This document shows, in pieces, positions 41,180 through 50,021 of a DNA stretch of 64,000 nt. Every line of letters starts with the position of its first letter. The first letter of the stretch is position 1. The notes below the pieces were generated by a model, which was given only the letters and a program-made list of their open reading frames with translations, searched no databases and was not told the DNA's origin. A program made the translations under genes and the position numbers. The stretch covers positions 5,664,001 through 5,728,000 of the forward strand of contig JBKAGP010000001.1 in NCBI GenBank assembly GCA_046290465.1, given 5' to 3'. Source of the stretch: Planctomycetota bacterium. Its GTDB lineage: Bacteria; Planctomycetota; UBA1135; UBA2386.

Positions 41180-41493
41180 GGGCTGAAGGGCCCCTTCGAC
41201 CGCGATGCGGACAACGCTTCGCCACACATCCTGGGCGTAGCGGACGTCCGGCCGACCGCCCGAGCGATGCCCGCAGGACCGCGGGCTGTCCGCCCCGGCC
41301 CGTTCCCTCGCGTTTACCCCGGTAGACCCGCCAGAACCCCACCGCCCCGTGCAAGCCGCGGCCCCGGCATGCCCGTGGCCGCCTTCCACCCTGCCCCAAG
41401 CCCGCCGATCCACCCCCAAACCCCGCACACAGCCCCCACCCGCCTCTCGCAGGAACGCTTGCCTTCGCGTAAGTTGGGTTCTCCCTGGAGGCG

Positions 41494-41518
41494 GGAATCC
41501 TCTCCCATCCCGCCCGTA
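41494..41518 (+). promoter_or_regulatory. ECF-type promoter candidate
   Basis: GGAAT-N16-CGTA 11 bp upstream of the ECF sigma ATG. Confidence 0.35.
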
Positions 41519-41529
41519 GCCGGCGCCCG

Positions 41530-42051
41530 ATGACCCTCACCCCCGAAGTTGCCTTCGAGCAGAATCGAGAGCGGCTGCTTTCGGTGATCTATCTGCGGAT
41601 GGGGCCCAACCTTCGGGTGCGCATGGATCCCGAGGACGTGCTCCAGGAGGTCGCCATCGAGGCGGTGCACTCCTGGAAGACGCTTTCGGCCGAAGAGAAC
41701 GCGGGCGCGTGGCTGGTGACGCTGGCACGCAGGAAGGTTGCCCGGATCCTGCGGGACCAGCTCGGGGTCGCCGCGCGCGATCCGCGGCGGGAGCACTCGA
41801 TCAAGACCGACCTGCCGCTGGCCGACCGACGGGCCGGCCCGGTGACCAACGCCGACCGCAAGGACCGGCTGGAACTGCTCGAGGCCGCGATGGAGCGGCT
41901 GTCGGACGATCACCGCGAAGTCATCCTGCTGATGAAGATCGAGGGGATGTCGGCGCGCGAGGTCGGCGAGAAGATGGGTCGTAGCGAGAATGCCGTGCAC
42001 CTCCTGCTGAGTCGTGCGCTGAAGCGGCTCGCCGAAGAACTGAAGCTGTGA
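41530..42051 (+). CDS. ECF sigma-70 factor
   Basis: DPEDVLQEV region 2, WL..LARR, REVILL..IEGMS..EV region 4. Confidence 0.92.
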   Translation: MTLTPEVAFEQNRERLLSVIYLRMGPNLRVRMDPEDVLQEVAIEAVHSWKTLSAEENAGAWLVTLARRKVARILRDQLGVAARDPRREHSIKTDLPLADRRAGPVTNADRKDRLELLEAAMERLSDDHREVILLMKIEGMSAREVGEKMGRSENAVHLLLSRALKRLAEELKL

Positions 42052-44663
42052 CCGAGCTGCATCCGGAAGAGGAGCCCAACGACGCGGACGCCGGCGCCGG
42101 TGCGGATCGTCGCATGGCCGACGTGCTGCGCGAATCGAGCAGCCACGCCGAGGTGCGTCGCAAGCTGCAGGCGGAGGAGAGCGACGAGGCCAGCGACATC
42201 CTGTCGCGGTTGAACGCGCTCGACTTCGTGCAGCAGGTCGTCGGCGGCGAGATCGACCTGCCGGACAAGATCGGCGGCTACGAGATCAAGGGCCTGCTCG
42301 GCCGCGGCGGCATGGGCACCGTCTACCTCGGCTGGCAGGAGGAGCTCGAACGGGAGGTCGCGCTGAAGGTGCTGTCGCGGGACTACACCGCGGATCCGAC
42401 CATGCGCAAGCGCTTCCGGGCCGAGGCGCGCGCGACCGCGGCGCTGCACCACCGCCACATCGTGCCGATCTACGACTACGGCGAGTCGCACGGCATGCTG
42501 TTCTTCGCGATGGAGCGGGTCGACGGCATGAGCCTCGACAAGCACATCAGTTCGGCGCGGCGCGTCGACCGGCCGCCGATGGATCCGATCGAGGCCGCGC
42601 GGCGCTTCGCCGGGGTCGCCGACGCGCTCGGCCTGGCGCACCGTCGCCGGTTGCTGCACCGCGACGTCAAGCCCGGCAACATCCTGGTCGCATCCGACGG
42701 CACCATGGCGCTGACCGACTTCGGGCTCGCCAAGGCGCTGGACCACGCGTCGATGCAGCTGACGTCGAAGGACGGCGGCTTCCTCGGCACCCTGCACTAC
42801 GCCTCCCCGGAGCAGGCGCTCGGCAGCGAACTGACGCCCGCCAGCGACCTGTACTCGCTCGGCGTGACGATGTTCGAGGCGCTGTCGGGCCAGTTGCCGC
42901 TGCACGGCAAGACCACCGAGGCGCTGCTGCAGTCGATCCTGCACGGCACCCCGCGACGGCTGCGCGAGTGCGTGCACAAGCCGCCGCGCGACCTCGAGGC
43001 GGTGCTCGACAAGCTGCTCGCGCGCGATGTCGACGACCGCTACCAGGACGGTGAGGCGCTGTCGCGCGACCTGCTGCGCATCGCCGACGGCGAGCCGGTG
43101 CACATCCGGCGGATCCCGCTGCACGTGCGGCTGTGGCGGCGCGCGCGCAAGAACCCGGTGCTGGCCGGCGCGCTGGTCGCGGTCTGCGTGTTCGTGCTGG
43201 CGACGCTGGTACTGCTCGGCGTGCTGAGCCGCGAGAAGGGCAAGGGGCGAGAGTCGCGCCACCAGAACCACCTGGTCGCGATCGCGCGCGACGTCGGCCG
43301 CGAGCTCGGCGCGCCGTGGGGGCCGCGGCCGATGTTCACGACGCTGACCGGCGTGCCGGTGCCCGGCACCGCCGCCAGCCCCAACATCCTGACCGCGCTG
43401 GCGTCGGCGCACGACGAGATGCCGGACGACGAGCGCGTGCTGGCGATGGAGGCCGCCTACGTCGAGGACCCGAGCCCGCGCGCCAGCCTGTTCCTCGAGG
43501 CCGGCCGCGGCTTCGAGGCGATGCAGCTCTACGATCGCCACATCGGCGAGGCCGTGGCGCGGCGCACCGGCGGCAACCTGGCCGTCGAGCTGCAGCTCTA
43601 CAACCTCTACCTCGGCCGCGGCGTCGCCCGCCTGACCGCGTCGGTCGCGCGCCCCAACGACGCGCGGACCGACCTGGCGCTGGCTTCGTACCTGCGGCCC
43701 GGCGCGGTGTTCCCGCTGGCGCTGCTCGACATGCTCGACGTCGTGCAGAGCGCGAACGTCGGCGCCGCCACCGCGCAGCTGCGCAAGAAGCTGCAGAGCG
43801 CCGCGCCCGAACGGGTGCGCACGGTCGCGCTGCTGCTGTGGGCCGCGGCCGGCTACAAGCCGCACGCCGCCAGCAACCTGATGGACTTCGAGCTCGACTA
43901 CGGCCGCCGCCGCGCCGTGCACGAGCTCGCCGCCGGGCTGCTCGACGAGCCGCCGATGCCGTGCGTTCGCGTCGGCACGCCGACCGGGCTGGCGCGCGCG
44001 CTGGCCGACGAGTGCATGCGCGCGCTCGCCAACCGCGCCGATCCGGCCAAGCTACGGGCGATCGCCGAACAGCTCGCCGGTTCGATCTCCGGCACCGTGC
44101 ATCCGTCGGCGTCGCTGCACGGCTGGCGCCACCTGCTGCAGCTGCTGTCGCGGCCGCGGCAGCGCGGGCCGTTGCTCGACCCACAGCAGCAGCCGCTGCT
44201 GCCGGACGTGCAGCTGGCGACCTGGCGCTGCCTGCTGGCGCTGCAGCCCAAGGAGGCGCTGGTCAAGCTGTGGCTCGGCCGCTTCGAGGAGTTCCGTCGC
44301 GAACACTCCGGCATGCCGGGGCTGGTCGAGGTCGCGGCGCGCATGCACCTGATGGCCAATTCGCCGGAGGCGCGCGCGTGGGCCGATCGCTGGATCGCGC
44401 TGGCCGGGGGCGACCCGGACGCGCGCCTGTGCCGGATGCAGGTGCTGCTGCTGGCCGACGACCTGCCGGCGGCGCAGGACGATGCGATCGCGGCCGTGCA
44501 GGGCGCGATCGAGCCGGAGCAGGCGATGCGCGACGTGATCGCGACGCTCAACCGCTACGCGCAGCAGGCGGCGCCGGGCGTCGCCGAGGGCATCCAGCTG
44601 ATGGCGCAGAGCTTCCGTTCGCTGCTCGACGCGGGCGTGCCGCACTTCGGGGGCGGGCGATGA
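42048..44663 (+). CDS. Membrane-anchored Ser/Thr protein kinase
   Basis: LGRGGMGTVY, VALK, HRDVKPGN, DFGLAK, YASPEQ; TM helix then long helical domain; GTGA overlap with sigma. Confidence 0.95.
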   Translation: MTELHPEEEPNDADAGAGADRRMADVLRESSSHAEVRRKLQAEESDEASDILSRLNALDFVQQVVGGEIDLPDKIGGYEIKGLLGRGGMGTVYLGWQEELEREVALKVLSRDYTADPTMRKRFRAEARATAALHHRHIVPIYDYGESHGMLFFAMERVDGMSLDKHISSARRVDRPPMDPIEAARRFAGVADALGLAHRRRLLHRDVKPGNILVASDGTMALTDFGLAKALDHASMQLTSKDGGFLGTLHYASPEQALGSELTPASDLYSLGVTMFEALSGQLPLHGKTTEALLQSILHGTPRRLRECVHKPPRDLEAVLDKLLARDVDDRYQDGEALSRDLLRIADGEPVHIRRIPLHVRLWRRARKNPVLAGALVAVCVFVLATLVLLGVLSREKGKGRESRHQNHLVAIARDVGRELGAPWGPRPMFTTLTGVPVPGTAASPNILTALASAHDEMPDDERVLAMEAAYVEDPSPRASLFLEAGRGFEAMQLYDRHIGEAVARRTGGNLAVELQLYNLYLGRGVARLTASVARPNDARTDLALASYLRPGAVFPLALLDMLDVVQSANVGAATAQLRKKLQSAAPERVRTVALLLWAAAGYKPHAASNLMDFELDYGRRRAVHELAAGLLDEPPMPCVRVGTPTGLARALADECMRALANRADPAKLRAIAEQLAGSISGTVHPSASLHGWRHLLQLLSRPRQRGPLLDPQQQPLLPDVQLATWRCLLALQPKEALVKLWLGRFEEFRREHSGMPGLVEVAARMHLMANSPEARAWADRWIALAGGDPDARLCRMQVLLLADDLPAAQDDAIAAVQGAIEPEQAMRDVIATLNRYAQQAAPGVAEGIQLMAQSFRSLLDAGVPHFGGGR

Positions 44664-47539
44664 GCCGGCGGCCGCCACCGCAGTACCGCGCGTCGGCGTG
44701 GCTGGTCGGGTTCGTCGTGCTGCTCGCGCTCGGCATCGCGGTCACCTGGATGATCGTCGAGGGGCAGCAGCGCGGCGGCGGCGACGCGGCGGCCTTGCCG
44801 CGGCCGGCGGCGCAGCAGGCCGGCACGGTCGAGCCGGTGCCAGAACTGTTGAGCGTGCTGCGCGATGCCGAGGCGGCCGAGAAGGCGGTCGTGCGCGGCG
44901 TCGTGCGATTGCCGGACGGCCGGGTCGCGCCGGGTGCGACGGTCACGCTGCACCGGGTCGTGACCGCGTGGCCCGAATGGCGCATGCAGCCGGTCGACGA
45001 GGCGATCACCGACGAGGACGGCCGCTTCCAGTTCCGCGTGTCGCACCTGCACGGCCACCTGGTCGAGTTCGCCGGCGAGCCGTTCGCCGGCGGGCTGCGC
45101 GAGGTCGCGCCGTTCGAACTCGACATGGACCTGCGCCTGCGGCCCGGCTACTCGATCGTCGGCAACGTGCTCAACGACGTCGGTGCGCCGGTGCCGAACG
45201 CGCGCGTGTCGATCGAGGCGGTGCCGCGCGACAACCGTCGGGCGCGGGTCGCCTACACGGCCGCGGACGGCTCCTACCGGTTCGACCAGGTCGCCGCCGG
45301 GCCGGCGCGCATGGTCGCGCACCACGAGTCGTGGCAGCCGGTCGCCGCGTCGGCGATCGTGATCGGCGACCGCCGCGACGCCGAGTTCCGCTTCGAGCGG
45401 CCGACGATGACGCCGCTGCGCGGGGTGGTGCTGAGCGCCAACACGCAGGAGCCGATCGCGGGCGCGACCATCGAGCTGGTGCCGATCGACCAGAGCCTCG
45501 GCCTGGTCGACCCGATCGCGACGACCAGCGGCGCGGACGGCACGTTCCTGCTCGAAGGCCTGCCGCGCGGCAGCATGCGCATGTGGGTGCGCCACGACGA
45601 CTACGGCGCCGTCAAGCGCACGCAGGCGATCGGCGCGGTCGCGTCCGAGGTCACCATCGACCTGCCGGACCGCACCCGGGTCAAGGGACAGCTGGTCGCT
45701 CGCGGCGACGGCACGTTCCACGGTGGCGAGGTGCTCGAACTGCTCGACGGCGGCGGCGAACTGGCGCACGCACGCGTCGGCGAGGACGGCAGCTTCGCGT
45801 TCGACAAGGCGGTGTCGCCCGGCTTCGTCGACATCCGCGCGCTCGGCGGCGCGTTCTCGTTCCGCACCCTGACCGGATCGATGGTCAGCCTGCGGCTCGA
45901 CGAGATCGCCGAGAACGAGGTCGAGGTCGACGTGCTGCCGGCGCCGGTCGCGCGCGGCCGGTTCGTCGACGAGGACGGCCAGCCGATCGCCGGCGTCGAG
46001 GCGTCGCGCACGCAGCAACTCGGCGAGAACATGCGGCACCTCAGCGACGCCGCGATGGCGCTCGACCTCGGCAAGGTCGGCGGCCGCATCCTGCGGTTGA
46101 CCGACCGCGACGAGCTGCTGGCGGTGTCGGGCGAGGACGGCACGTTCGAGGTGCGCGGCTTCAAGCCGGGCCGGCTGCTGCTGCGGGCGTCGCGATCGGG
46201 TCGCGGCAGCCAGTGGCTGCGCCTGCAGATGCCGCTCTACGGCAGCGTGCGCGATCTCGGCGACATCACCTTGCGCCGCGGCTGCCGGATCTCGGGGCGG
46301 GTGACGCGCGGCGGCCGGCCGTTCGTCGGCGCGACCGTGACGGTGGTCTCGCCGCAGTGCGACGCGCAGGCGACGACCGATGCGCGCGGCTACTACACGA
46401 TCGACGACCTGGTGCCCGGCCAGTACACGGTGCGCGCCCGCATCACCGGCCGGATCGTGCGCAGCGACGCGCGCGTCGTCGTGGTGCAGCCGGAGCGGCC
46501 GGCGCGCAACGTCGACATCGCGCTGCAGTCCGGCCGCCTGGTGCGCGGCTTCGTGCGCAACGAGCAGGGCGAGCCGCTCGCCAACGCGCTGGTCAGCGTG
46601 CGCGGCCGTCCCGGCGAAGTGTCGCGCTCGCGCGCCAACGGCGCGTTCTCGGTCGAGCTGCCGCGGCGCAGCTCGGAGCTGATCGTCTCGGTCGGCGACC
46701 GCAGCCTCGAGAAGGTCGTGCCGGTGGCGCGCGACCAGGAGGAGGTCGAGGTGCGGCTGGATGCGCCGCCGACCTGCACCATCGCCGGCGTCGTCATCGG
46801 CGTGCCCGGCCGTCGACGGCTGGCCGGCGTGCTGCTGCGGACCACGCAGCTTGGCGGGCGGGACAGCGCCGACACGCGCTCGCGCTGGGTGCCGACGCCC
46901 GACGGCGAACTGCTGCGCTCCCAGGTGCCGAGCGGCCGCGTGCGCCTCGAGTTCTGGTGCGACGGCTACGCGCCGTTCGTGCAGGTCCGCCAGCTGCTGC
47001 CCAACGAGACCAACCAGCTCGGCGAGATCGTGCTCGAGCGCGGTTCGAGCCTGCGCGGCGTGGTGCTCGACGAGGACGGCGAACCGGTGCGCGGTGCCAT
47101 GGTGCTGCTCGGCGAGGAGACGGACATCGACCTGTTCGCGCCGAGCGTGCGCAGCGCCGACGACGGCACCTTCACGATCCACGGCGTCACCAGCCGTTCG
47201 CGGCAGCTCGTCGTGCGCCACCCGGCGTTCGCCGCGCGCACGCAGCGCCTGCAGCTGCCGCAAGACGTGCTGTCGCTGGAGCCGCTGCCGGTGACGCTCG
47301 AACGCGGCGGCACGATCGAGGTCGTGGTGCCGCGCGACGAGCTGCCGGACAACGGTCTGGTGTTCCTGCGCCGTGACGGCCGCCTGCTGACCAGCACCGT
47401 GCTCGACGAGCGCGGCTACGCCTACTTCCCCAACCGCAGCGCCGGCGTCTACTCGGTCAAGCTCGCGGGCAGCGGCTTCGACGAGCGCCGGGTCGTCGTC
47501 GAGCCCGGCGTCGAGGTCGCGCGGCTGACGTTCGAATAG
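44660..47539 (+). CDS. Membrane-anchored protein with multiple carboxypeptidase-regulatory-like (transthyretin-fold) repeats
   Basis: N-terminal TM; about 8 G.V...G.P..GA.V...T..DG.F repeats; ATGA overlap. Confidence 0.85.
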   Translation: MSRRPPPQYRASAWLVGFVVLLALGIAVTWMIVEGQQRGGGDAAALPRPAAQQAGTVEPVPELLSVLRDAEAAEKAVVRGVVRLPDGRVAPGATVTLHRVVTAWPEWRMQPVDEAITDEDGRFQFRVSHLHGHLVEFAGEPFAGGLREVAPFELDMDLRLRPGYSIVGNVLNDVGAPVPNARVSIEAVPRDNRRARVAYTAADGSYRFDQVAAGPARMVAHHESWQPVAASAIVIGDRRDAEFRFERPTMTPLRGVVLSANTQEPIAGATIELVPIDQSLGLVDPIATTSGADGTFLLEGLPRGSMRMWVRHDDYGAVKRTQAIGAVASEVTIDLPDRTRVKGQLVARGDGTFHGGEVLELLDGGGELAHARVGEDGSFAFDKAVSPGFVDIRALGGAFSFRTLTGSMVSLRLDEIAENEVEVDVLPAPVARGRFVDEDGQPIAGVEASRTQQLGENMRHLSDAAMALDLGKVGGRILRLTDRDELLAVSGEDGTFEVRGFKPGRLLLRASRSGRGSQWLRLQMPLYGSVRDLGDITLRRGCRISGRVTRGGRPFVGATVTVVSPQCDAQATTDARGYYTIDDLVPGQYTVRARITGRIVRSDARVVVVQPERPARNVDIALQSGRLVRGFVRNEQGEPLANALVSVRGRPGEVSRSRANGAFSVELPRRSSELIVSVGDRSLEKVVPVARDQEEVEVRLDAPPTCTIAGVVIGVPGRRRLAGVLLRTTQLGGRDSADTRSRWVPTPDGELLRSQVPSGRVRLEFWCDGYAPFVQVRQLLPNETNQLGEIVLERGSSLRGVVLDEDGEPVRGAMVLLGEETDIDLFAPSVRSADDGTFTIHGVTSRSRQLVVRHPAFAARTQRLQLPQDVLSLEPLPVTLERGGTIEVVVPRDELPDNGLVFLRRDGRLLTSTVLDERGYAYFPNRSAGVYSVKLAGSGFDERRVVVEPGVEVARLTFE

Positions 47540-47597
47540 GTCCCAAAGCGGTCGCGCACGTTGCGCGCGGCATGCCGAATCGGGAAGCTGCTCGACC

Positions 47598-50021
47598 ATG
47601 CGCGTTCTCCTCTGTCTCGTCGCGCTGGCGCTGGCCTCGTGCGCGGACCCCACGTCCAAGCCGGGCACGCCAGGGGCGACGACCGACGACGGCCCGGGCA
47701 AGCCCGAGGTGTCACCGGTCGCGGCCGAACTGCTCTCGATCCAAGAGGCGCGCTGCGCCTCGTGCCACGCGCTCGGCGGCGACGCCGACGAAGCGCTGCG
47801 GCCGGCACCGCCGCCGTCGCTCGAGACGCTGGCGCTGCGGGTCGACCGCGGCCGCAGCACGCCCGCGTTGGCCGGACACTTCGCCGGCGAGGCAGCCGAC
47901 GACGTGCTGGCGTGGCTGGCGACGCTGCACCGGGCCGAGCCGCGCACGTTCGCGGTGATCCCCGGCGGCGCCATCGAGCGCGGTGGCCAGCTGGTGCGCG
48001 AGCTCGGCTGTGCCGCGTGCCACACGGCGAGCGAGCTCGACCTGTCGGCGCACACCGACCACGCGCAGCTGGTCGACGCGCTGCAGCATCCGGGGCGCCG
48101 CCATCCGGGCGTCGCGCACGTCGCGCTGACCTCGGGTGAGGCGTCGGCGGTCGCGGCCTGGCTGCTGCGCGGCCAGCTGCAGGAAGGCGCGCGCGGCCAG
48201 GGCTTTGCCTGGCGCTGCTTCGAGACCGAACGGGGACTCGGGCAGTGGCCGGACCTCGAGGGCCGCACGCCGCAGGCCAAGGGCGTCAGCGACCGCATCA
48301 CCAAGGAGGTGCGCACGCGCCGCAGCAACTACCTGCTCGAGTTCACGGCGACCATCGAGGTGCCGCGTGACGGCGAGTGGACGTTCTCGATCACCAGCGA
48401 CGACGGCGGCTGGCTCTGGGTCGACGGCGAGCAGCTCGCCGCCAACCCGGGCATGCACCCGGCGCAGCGCAGCGAAGGCCGGCTGCGCCTGAGCAAGGGG
48501 CCGCACGAGCTGCGCGTCGGCTTCACGCAGGGCGGCGGCGGCGACGTGCTCGAGGTGTCGTGGCAGGGGCCGGGGGTGCCGGAACAGGCGATCCCGACCG
48601 AGGCGGCGAGCACCGCGGTGCTGCGGCTGGTGCCGCCGGCGAGCGTCGCGACCGCGCCGGCTGCCGAGGCCGTCGCGCGCGGCCGCAGCGCGGCCCGCGC
48701 GGCGCGCTGCGATGCCTGCCACCAGGTGTCCGAGCCGGCGTTCGCCGAGCTGCCGGCGCCGGCCGTGGCCGCGCCGTGGAACGGGCTGACCGGCACCTGC
48801 GCGTTGGGCGACGTGCCGCAGCTCGCGGCCGGCACGCAAGTGCCCCGACAGGTCGACGCCGCGACCCGGCTGCACGCGGCGCTGGTCCGGGACGGCTGCC
48901 TGTCGTGCCACGTGCGCGACGGCCGCGGCGGCCTTTCGCAGGAGGTCAAGGAGCAGCTGGTCGAGCTCGAGGACATCGGCGAGGAGGGCACGGTGCCGCC
49001 CGACCTGACGCTGGTCGGTCGGCGCCTGCGCCCCGAATGGCTCGAACGGGTGGTGCGCGACGGCCACAAGGCGCGGCCGTACGTGCGCATGCGGATGCCG
49101 GCGTTCGGCGCCGACAAGGCGGCGCGCTACGCGCGCTGGTTCGGTGAGGTCGACGCGCCGGGCGTCGTCGACGACGAGCCGCCGTTCTCCGAGGAGGCCG
49201 CCGAGCGCGGCCGTTCGCTGGCCGGCACCGGCGGCCGCAACTGCATCTCGTGCCACCGGATGGCCGGCCGCGACTCGCTCGGCCCGCAGGGCATGGACCT
49301 GACGCTGCAGCACCAGCGGCTGCGGCCGGGCTGGTTCCGCGACTGGCTGCTGCACCCGACCACGCTGCGCCCCAACACGCGCATGCCGACGCTGTGGGTG
49401 CGCGGCGACGCGCAGGACGTCGCCGACGTCGATGCGATCCGCACCTGGCTGTCGCTGGGCGATGCTGCGCCGCTGCCGCCCGGCATCGTCGTCGACCGCG
49501 CCTCGATGCAGCTCGATCCGGTCGACCGGCCGATCCTGCACGGCGCGTTCTTGAAGGACGTGTCGGCGCGCACGCTGATGGTCGGCACGCCGCAGCGCAC
49601 GCACTTCGCGTTCGACCTGGTCGAGCCGCGGCTGGTGTGGCTGTGGCGCGGTGCGTTCGTCGACGCGAGCGGCACCTGGGTCGGCCGCGCCGGCAAGCTG
49701 GTCGAGCCGCTCGGCAGCGACTGGCAGGTGGTCGACGACTTCACCGTCGACGGCGACCGCCGCATCGTCGGCCAGCGGCGCACCGCCGACGGCTACCCGG
49801 TGCTGCGGGTCGCGGCCGGCGAGGCGCGCTACGAGGACGAGGCGCGCCCGCGCCTCGCCGCGGGTGGCAGCCAGCTGGTGCGCACGCTGCGCTGCACCGA
49901 GGGCACGCTGGTCGTGCAGTTTCCGAAGTCCGAGTCGTATCGCTGTACCGTCGCCGGCGAGCCCGCCGGGCGCCACGAACTGGCCGCGGGCCAGCAGCTG
50001 GAGGTCGTCTACCAATGGTGA
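47598..50021 (+). CDS. Pentaheme c-type cytochrome lipoprotein with PA14 domain
   Basis: LALASC lipobox; CASCH, CAACH, CDACH, CLSCH, CISCH; ITSDDG PA14 motif; RMP axial Met motifs. Confidence 0.88.
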   Translation: MRVLLCLVALALASCADPTSKPGTPGATTDDGPGKPEVSPVAAELLSIQEARCASCHALGGDADEALRPAPPPSLETLALRVDRGRSTPALAGHFAGEAADDVLAWLATLHRAEPRTFAVIPGGAIERGGQLVRELGCAACHTASELDLSAHTDHAQLVDALQHPGRRHPGVAHVALTSGEASAVAAWLLRGQLQEGARGQGFAWRCFETERGLGQWPDLEGRTPQAKGVSDRITKEVRTRRSNYLLEFTATIEVPRDGEWTFSITSDDGGWLWVDGEQLAANPGMHPAQRSEGRLRLSKGPHELRVGFTQGGGGDVLEVSWQGPGVPEQAIPTEAASTAVLRLVPPASVATAPAAEAVARGRSAARAARCDACHQVSEPAFAELPAPAVAAPWNGLTGTCALGDVPQLAAGTQVPRQVDAATRLHAALVRDGCLSCHVRDGRGGLSQEVKEQLVELEDIGEEGTVPPDLTLVGRRLRPEWLERVVRDGHKARPYVRMRMPAFGADKAARYARWFGEVDAPGVVDDEPPFSEEAAERGRSLAGTGGRNCISCHRMAGRDSLGPQGMDLTLQHQRLRPGWFRDWLLHPTTLRPNTRMPTLWVRGDAQDVADVDAIRTWLSLGDAAPLPPGIVVDRASMQLDPVDRPILHGAFLKDVSARTLMVGTPQRTHFAFDLVEPRLVWLWRGAFVDASGTWVGRAGKLVEPLGSDWQVVDDFTVDGDRRIVGQRRTADGYPVLRVAAGEARYEDEARPRLAAGGSQLVRTLRCTEGTLVVQFPKSESYRCTVAGEPAGRHELAAGQQLEVVYQW

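Noticed and set aside
41455..41480. dif-like site that might explain the skew switch
   Set aside because: No recognisable XerC/XerD arms (no TTATG..AA) with 6-bp spacing
38200..41500. Prophage or IS element
   Set aside because: No integrase, transposase, terminal inverted repeats or phage structural genes seen
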